Assembly (NCBI GenBank): GCA_964016885.1
Contig: OZ024754.1
Coordinates: 30,628,001 to 30,692,000 of the forward strand
DNA: 64,000 bases
Source of the DNA: Eledone cirrhosa
Lineage: Eukaryota
Reading direction: 5' to 3'
This document shows positions 56,925 to 64,000 of the stretch, one piece after another (the first letter of the stretch is position 1; each line of letters starts with the position of its first letter). Under the pieces are notes generated by a model. That model was not told the DNA's origin and did not search any database. It saw only the letters and a list, made by a program, of their open reading frames with translations. A program made the position numbers and the translations under genes.

Positions 56925-59110
56925 GAGAGAGTGTGTGTGAGAGTGAGTGTGGGAGAGAGAGAGTGTGAGAGAGAGCATGTGTGTGTGTGAGAGAGAGTGG
57001 GTGTGAGAGTATGTGTGTGAGAGCATGTGTGTGTGTGAGAGAGAGTGGGTGTGTGTGTGTGAGAGAGAGTGGGTGTGAGAGTATGTGTGTGAGAGAGAGT
57101 GTGTGTGTGAGAGAGTGTGTATGAGAGTATGTGTGTGAGAGAGAGTGTGTGTGTGAGAGAGAGTGTGTGTGAGAGAATGTGTGTGAGAGAGAGTGTGTGT
57201 GAGAGTATGTGTGTGAGAGAGAGTGTGTGTGAGAGTATGTGTGTGAGAGAGAGTGTGTGTGAGAGTATGTGTGTGAGAGAGAGTGTGTGTGTGAGAGAAA
57301 GTGGGTGTGAGAGTGTGTGTGAGAGAGTGTGTGTGTGTGAGAGAGTGTGTGTGTGAGAGAGTATGTGTGTGTGTGAGAGAGAGTGTGTGTGAGAGTATGT
57401 GTGTGAGAGAGAGTGTGTGTGTGAGAGAAAGTGGGTGTGAGAGAGTGTGTGTGAGAGCATGTGTGTGTGAGAGAGTGTGTGTGAGAGCATGTGTGTGAGA
57501 GAGAGTGTGTGTGAGAGTATGTGTGTGAGAGAGAGTGTGTGTGAGAGTATGTGTGTGAGAGAGAGTGTGTGTGTGAGAGAGAGTGGGTGTGAGAGTGTGT
57601 GTGTGAGAGAGTGTGTGTGTGTGAGAGAGTGTGTGTGTGAGAGAGTATGTGTGTGTGTGAGAGAGAGTGTGTGTGAGAGTATGTGTGAGAGAGATTGTGT
57701 GTGAGAGCATGTGTGTGAGAGAGAGTGTGTGTGAGAGTATGTGTGTGAGAGAGAGTGGGTGTGAGAGTATGTGTGTGAGAGAGAGTGTGTGTGTGAGAGA
57801 GTGTGTGTGTGAGAGTATGTGTGTGAGAGAGAGTGTGTGTGAGAGTATGTGTGTGAGAGAGTGTGTGTGTGGGAGAGAGTGGGTGTGAGAGTATGTGTGT
57901 GAGAGAGAGTGTGTGTGTGAGAGAGAGTGGGTGTGAGAGTATGTGTGTGAGAGAGAGTGTGTGTGTGAGAGAGTGTGTGTGTGTGAGAGAGTGTGTGTGA
58001 GAGTATGTGTGTGAGAGAGAGTGTGTGTGTGAGAGAGAGTGTGTGTGAGAGTCTGTGTGTGAGAGAGAGTGTGTGTGTGAGAGAGAGTGGGTGTGAGAGT
58101 GTGTGTGTGAGAGAGTGTGTGTGTGTGAGAGAGTGTGTGTGTGAGAGAGTATGTGTGTGTGTGAGAGAGAGTGTGTGTGAGAGTATGTGTGAGAGAGATT
58201 GTGTGTGAGAGCATGTGTGTGAGAGAGAGTGTGTGTGAGAGTATGTGTGTGAGAGAGACTGGGTGTGAGAGTATGTGTGTGAGAGAGAGTGTGTGTGTGA
58301 GAGAGTGTGTGTGTGAGAGTATGTGTGTGAGAGAGAGTGTGTGTGAGAGTATGTGTGTGAGAGAGTGTGTGTGTGGGAGAGAGTGGGTGTGAGAGTATGT
58401 GTGTGAGAGAGAGTGTGTGTGTGAGAGAGAGTGGGTGTGAGAGTATGTGTGTGAGAGAGAGTGTGTGTGTGAGAGAGTGTGTGTGTGTGAGAGAGTGTGT
58501 GTGAGAGTATGTGTGTGAGAGAGAGTGTGTGTGTGAGAGAGAGTGTGTGTGAGAGTCTGTGTGTGAGAGAGAGTGTGTGTGTGAGAGAGAGTGGGTGTGA
58601 GAGTATGTGTGTGAGAGAGAGTGTGTGTGTGAGAGAGTGTGTGTGAGAGTATGTGTGTGAGAGAGAGTGTGTGTGTGTGAGAGAGTGTGTGTGTGTGAGA
58701 GAGTGTGTGTGTGAGAGAGTATGTGTGTGTGTGAGAGAGAGTGTGTGTGAGAGTATGTGTGTGAGAGAGTGTGTGTGTGAGAGAAAGGGTGTGAGAGTAT
58801 GTGTGTGAGAGATAGTGTGTGAGAGAGAGAGTGTGTGTGTGTGTGAGAGTATGTGTGTGAGAGAGTATGTGTGTGTGAGAGAGTGGGTGTGTGTGTGAGA
58901 GAGAGTGTGTGTGTGTGAGAGAGAGTGTGTGTGTGAGAGAGTGTGGGTGTGAGAGTGAGTGTGTGTGTGTGAGAGAGAGAGTGTGAGTGTGTGTGTGTGT
59001 GTGAATGTGTGTGAGAGTATGTGTGTGTGTGAGAGAGAGTGTGTGTGAGAGTATGTGTGTGAGAGAGTGAGTGTGATAGAGAGTGTGTGTGTGTGAGAGA
59101 GATAGAGAGA
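56925..59110. repeat. Compound (GA)/(GT) satellite with a ~500-bp internal duplication
   Basis: Near-identical translations begin at 57667 and 58171. Confidence 0.92.
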
Positions 59111-59463
59111 GATAGGTTGGTAAATAGATGGATGGATTGATAGATAGATAGAAGGATAGACAGATAGAGAGGTAGATAGATAGATAGATACATTTCTTTA
59201 TTAGCCACAAGGACACAAAAGAAGGGGACAAATACAAATGGGGAGTTTACATACAGGTATATGAAAATAAAGCTATTAATAAAATAACAAATAACAATTG
59301 ATATCCCCAATAGGGGGGAGGTGTTACACAGGGGTTGTACACACCCCGAAAAAATGTACAACCCTCATCTCCAGAGATAGAGAGGTAAATAGATGGATGG
59401 ATCAACAGATAGAGAGGTAAATAGATAGATAGATAGATGGATGGATATATAGATAGATGGAGA

Positions 59464-59542
<79 letters not shown>

Positions 59543-60134
59543 GAAAAGGAAAACCAAAAGAAATAATGGAATCAATCCAGAGAAAGACTTTTCCATATTT
59601 CTTCTTGATACAAAAATTCTAACCGAAACCATGATTATGCCATTTCAAAAGTAACTTCTAGAATAATTCTTTTGGGAGGAAACTATGATTCTTAAGCTAC
59701 AGCCCAAACTATGATGAGGCCATTTACAAAAGTACATGGAAGGAGTAAATAATTCCTTTGGGGAGAACTGTGATTCTTCAGATAGATTTTCAGGGATTAA
59801 AGATACATTTAGTTGATTATCTAATGGAACCAAACTACATTTACATTCAGTTAACAATATGGAAAACATTTTTTCTCCATTTTTCCCCCTTCGTTCCTTT
59901 GTAAATTGGCAGAAGTTACTGTGGTCATTAGAGGATTAATATTTAGCCATATTGGATTCTGAATACCCCCACCACAACCACCATCACCACCACCACAAAA
60001 AAATGCAACAAAAAACACAACAAACGCACAACGAAATATTGGTAATATCCCATGATTCCTGAAAACTGTTTGATTGAATCCTTAGTGATTCTGTGAATCA
60101 ATTTGATTGAGATGTTATCAGTATTGGTTTTTAA

Positions 60135-60603
60135 TCTACAGGTAAACATCAATTATATATCTACAGGTAAAGATAAGATATATATATCTACATGTAACAT
60201 CACTTATTGATCTACAGGTAAACATATCTACAGGTAAACATCACTTATTGATCTACAGGTAAACATCACTTATTGATCTACAGGTAAACATCACTTATTG
60301 ATCTACAGGTAAACATCACTTATTGATCTACAGATAAATATCAGATATATAGCTACAGGTAAACATCTACTGATAAACATCAGATATATATCTACAGGTA
60401 AACATCACTTATTGATCTACAGATAAATAACAGGTATATATCTACAGATAAACATCACTTATTGATCTACAGATAAATATCAGGTATATATCTACAGATA
60501 AACATCACTTATTGATCTACAGATAAATATCAGGTATATATCTACAGATAAACATCACTTATTGATCTACAGATAAATATCAGGTATATATCTACAGGTA
60601 AAC
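60135..60603. repeat. 25-bp tandem repeat tctacagRtaaacatcacttattga with an alternating variant
   Basis: Direct reading. Confidence 0.88.
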
Positions 60604-60842
60604 AGTTATTTTATTAGCTCAATAATTGTCTCAATTTCAGCAGTATTTTCATATGTATCATCATCATCATCACTGTTTTACGTCCTTTTTTCACACTAGC
60701 ATAAGTTAGACGATGTATGCATATATGTATATATGTGTGTGTGTGTATATATGTCAACATGAATGGACCTGTTATTTTTATCTAAAGACATTTTCCAGTT
60801 CCAACCCGCCCATCCCCTTAATCTATTTTGTTTCTCATTCTT

Positions 60843-60878
60843 TCTTCTGATGAAGGACTAGCATCTGAAACGTTAAGA
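60843..60878 (+). ncRNA. Minimal hammerhead motif (PLE type)
   Basis: tctt-CTGATGA-agga ctagca tct-GAAAC-GTT-aaga; stem III is reduced to the palindrome ACGT. Confidence 0.7.
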
Positions 60879-60973
60879 CCATCTTCCTGCTATATCAAGC
60901 GTTAACCTAATATATCCCTTCCATATACTGTACCGATTGTGTTGTTATTTCAGTTTACCTTTTACATATATAC

Positions 60974-61005
<32 letters not shown>

Positions 61006-61010
61006 ATGTG

Positions 61011-61655
61011 TCATCATCATCATCATCATCATCATCGTTTAACGTCCATATTCCACGCTCGCATGGGTTTGGACGTGAGTTTTCCCACTTGAGGCAAGAG
61101 TGGTTGTCTTGCGGGTTTTCTACGGCTGGATGCCCTTCCTAACACCAACCACATTTACAGTGTGGGGCTGGGAGGTTTTTACCGTGTTACCTACACGGCC
61201 ACATTACAGCGTGGACTGTGTGTTTTTTTGTCGTGATACCTACACGACCTCATTTGTTTCGGGATGGATGTTGTGGTACCAACATAACTTTACATTGAAA
61301 GGGGTGGTGTGGATGGGGTGGGGGTAGTGGGACGGGGGTGTATTTTGTTAGAGGTGCCTACTGACTGTAGTAGGTTTGACTTTGCACTTAGGTAAGGTGG
61401 GTCTTCTCTATTACTGTGTAGCGCCAAAGATCTCGGTCCAGTGACATTGTCTTGGAGAGGTGTAAGTGTGTGAGGTCGGAATTTATCAAGTCGTCCCAGG
61501 TTTTTCTGGGTCTGCCTACTCCGTGGCTACCGTCTATTTTTATTGCCCTGCACTTTTTTATACAGCTGTTGTCTTTCATGCGCATCATGTGACCATACCA
61601 ACGTAGTCTTCTCTCGAGTAAACAACATCTGATCCCTCTTATTTCTAATTTCTCC
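61011..61655 (-). mobile_element. RTE family A 3' fragment (older, more diverged)
   Basis: MRMKDNSCIKKCRAIKIDGSHGVGRPRKTW..., followed by the 3' UTR and (GAT)n tail. Confidence 0.9.
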
Positions 61656-62077
61656 CGAAATGTGTGTATATATGAATGTATGTGTGTGAGAGAGAGAGAG
61701 AGAGTGTATGAAATAAGGGCTTAAAAATGGAATTAGCAGAAAGTATGGAAGATCCTGCCTCAGCAAAGCTGGATTAAAGAGTCACAAAAGGAGCCATGTA
61801 GAAAGAGCTGATGCAGATTACATTGGTCTGTATGGTATAACAATCTGTCATGAATGTAATAAAGTCTGCAGGAAGCCTGAGGTAGCACACGGAAGTAATG
61901 GCAACCAGCTATTGATTCCTGTTGCCAAAGGCCATGTCTGTAACATCTGTGCCACAGTGCCAGAGAATATAGGATTCCTGCTGTCTTAAAAAGTCACATC
62001 CGTGCTACACATATGCAGAAATGTGTTTGAAAATTTCAAGAGATGACTATACTAGAGTGTGAGATAGCTACCATCAT

Positions 62078-62165
<88 letters not shown>

Positions 62166-62385
62166 AATTCGTTTTTGAATTTGTTTTGTGAGATTTCTTT
62201 TCTGAAAGCGTGTGTTGAAACAGATATTGTTATACTTTGGGAGGGTCATACTGCCAATAAAAACACATGCACCTGTTGCTTTTCACTTCAATTTATTATA
62301 AATTTCCAGTTGGTTGGTTGCTTCGATAACCAGAAGGTTGTTTATATATTGTCAAAGATCTTTCATCACACAAAATAAAAACCGA

Positions 62386-62428
62386 GTCACTGAGGAGGTC
62401 ACAGAATGTGTGACGAAAGAGCTTTAAC
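62386..62428 (+). ncRNA. Type I hammerhead ribozyme, copy 1
   Basis: gtca-CTGAGGA-g gtcaca gaatg tgtgac-GAAA-gagc-TT-taac; the inverted arm reads GAAA gatc TT tgac. Confidence 0.75.
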
Positions 62429-62732
62429 AATATATAAACAACCATCCGGTTATTGAACCAACCAACCAACCAACTGGAAATTTATAATAAATTGAAGTGA
62501 AAAGCAACAGGTGCATGTGTTTTTATTGGCAGCATGGCCCTCCCAAAGTATAACAATATCTGTTTCAACACACGTTTTCAGAAAAGAAATCTCACAAAAC
62601 AAATTCAAAATTTTTTTTTTTTTTTACTCGCATGTGTTACATCCGGGTGTTACTAAGCACACAACACACACAAAAACAAGATGGCATAGGACAGAACAAA
62701 GGAGAGGCACAAAACAAAGAAAAGAATCCCCA

Positions 62733-62775
62733 GTCACTGAAGAGGTCACAGAATGTGTGGCAAAAGAACTTTGAC
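62733..62775 (+). ncRNA. Type I hammerhead ribozyme, copy 2 (G12A)
   Basis: gtca-CTGAAGA-g gtcaca gaatg tgtggc-AAAA-gaac-TT-tgac. Confidence 0.65.
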
Positions 62776-63375
62776 AATATATGAACAACCGTCATTTTAA
62801 ATTTAAAAAACATTTTTTAAAATTTATAATAGATTGGAGTGAAAGCAACTGGTGCGTGTGTTTCTTATTGGCAACATGACCCTCCCAAAGTATAACAATA
62901 TCGGTTTCAACACATGTTTTCAGATAAAGAATCTTGCTAAACAAATTCAGAAACGAAATATATATATAAATAATAATCATCATCATCGTTTAACACCCAT
63001 TTTTCCATATATATATATATATATTTATGGAGAGAGAGAGAATGAGAGGGGGGGGGGGAAGAGAGAGAGTTAGACAAAGAGAGAGAGAAGGGGAGAGAAC
63101 TAAACATGTAAATAAATATATTTATTTATAAAGAATATGACAATAATGCATGATGATGGTCATGTGATCTAAATTAAGGGTCAAAGACCTTAAAATGATT
63201 TGATTAGATCATCATTGATGCTAAAAGATTGCCAAAGTTGTTTTATGTTATTTTAGTATTTGATATATTTGTTATTTTCTATATTGTTTGTTTTTGAAAT
63301 CAATACCCAAGGAGGGCTAGTATTGAAAACAATACCCCCAACCCCTGTTATCCTTATTTTTCTTCTCTCTCTCTC

Positions 63376-63445
<70 letters not shown>

Positions 63446-64000
63446 ATATATATATATATATATGTAAAACTGTCTATCTGCCTGTCACTATGTCTGCCTG
63501 TTTATATATATATATGCGTGTGTGTGTCTAGCTATTGATCTGTCATTCCATCTATTTATCTATCTTTCTATCTTATCCCTCCATCTCCATCTCTCTCTCT
63601 CTCTCTCTCTCTCACACACTCTCTCTCTCTTTCTCTCTCTCTCATCCATCTCCTACACTACAGAAATATTTCCCTGCTCCACCCCAACCCCCCAATCTTC
63701 TGTTGTTTCATTCCAGAGAGTGCTTCGGTTCAAAGGATACTGAATGAGGGTAGAATGTGGGGTGGGGTGGGTGGGGGTGCAATAAGGGTAGAATGAGTGA
63801 GGGCTGTTATATGGTCAATTATAATCCCTCCACACCCATTTCTGACACAACCACCATCAACACCACCACCTACAGCACCACCACCACCACTACAACCACC
63901 TACATTATTCCCATCATCACCAGCATCATCCCCATCACCACCTCCTCCACCCCCATCACCACCTCCCCCACCCCCATCACCGTGTGACAAAGGATTCATT

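Larger units (their letters stand above)
62162..62957 (+). mobile_element. Inverted partial repeat plus two tandem hammerhead-bearing direct repeats (PLE pLTR or retrozyme-like)
   Basis: 62172-62371 is the reverse complement of ~62406-62610. A direct repeat follows at 62733-62955. The cores are 347 bp apart. Confidence 0.82.

Overview
Eukaryotic, extremely repeat-rich intergenic or intronic DNA. The SINE/RTE content and microsatellite load resemble a cephalopod (octopus-like) genome, which is an inference from memory of such repeats and not a database result. No host protein-coding gene can be supported: nearly all ORFs in the track are microsatellite artefacts, and the only clearly real coding sequence is the C-terminal part of an RTE-clade LINE (two near-identical copies, with a PHD-type C4HC3 finger). 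The window also holds tRNA-derived SINEs, mariner- and piggyBac-type MITEs, two non-autonomous Helitrons, and several large minisatellites, including a 4.9-kb 21-bp array that is open on both strands. The most striking signal is about 17 short, mutually divergent, mostly (TA)n-embedded elements. Many are built as an inverted (fold-back) repeat, then a type I hammerhead ribozyme, then often AATAAA, then a shared ACTCT...TTGAGTRCT tail. About 14 hammerhead cores can be read by eye, 13 of them between 46 and 63 kb. They include a U3-A8 compensatory variant, long stem-II variants, palindromic (dimer-type) stem IIIs, and one tandem pair 347 bp apart. These look like Penelope-like-element pseudo-LTRs or retrozyme-like units. 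Coordinates were read by eye and may be off by a few bases.
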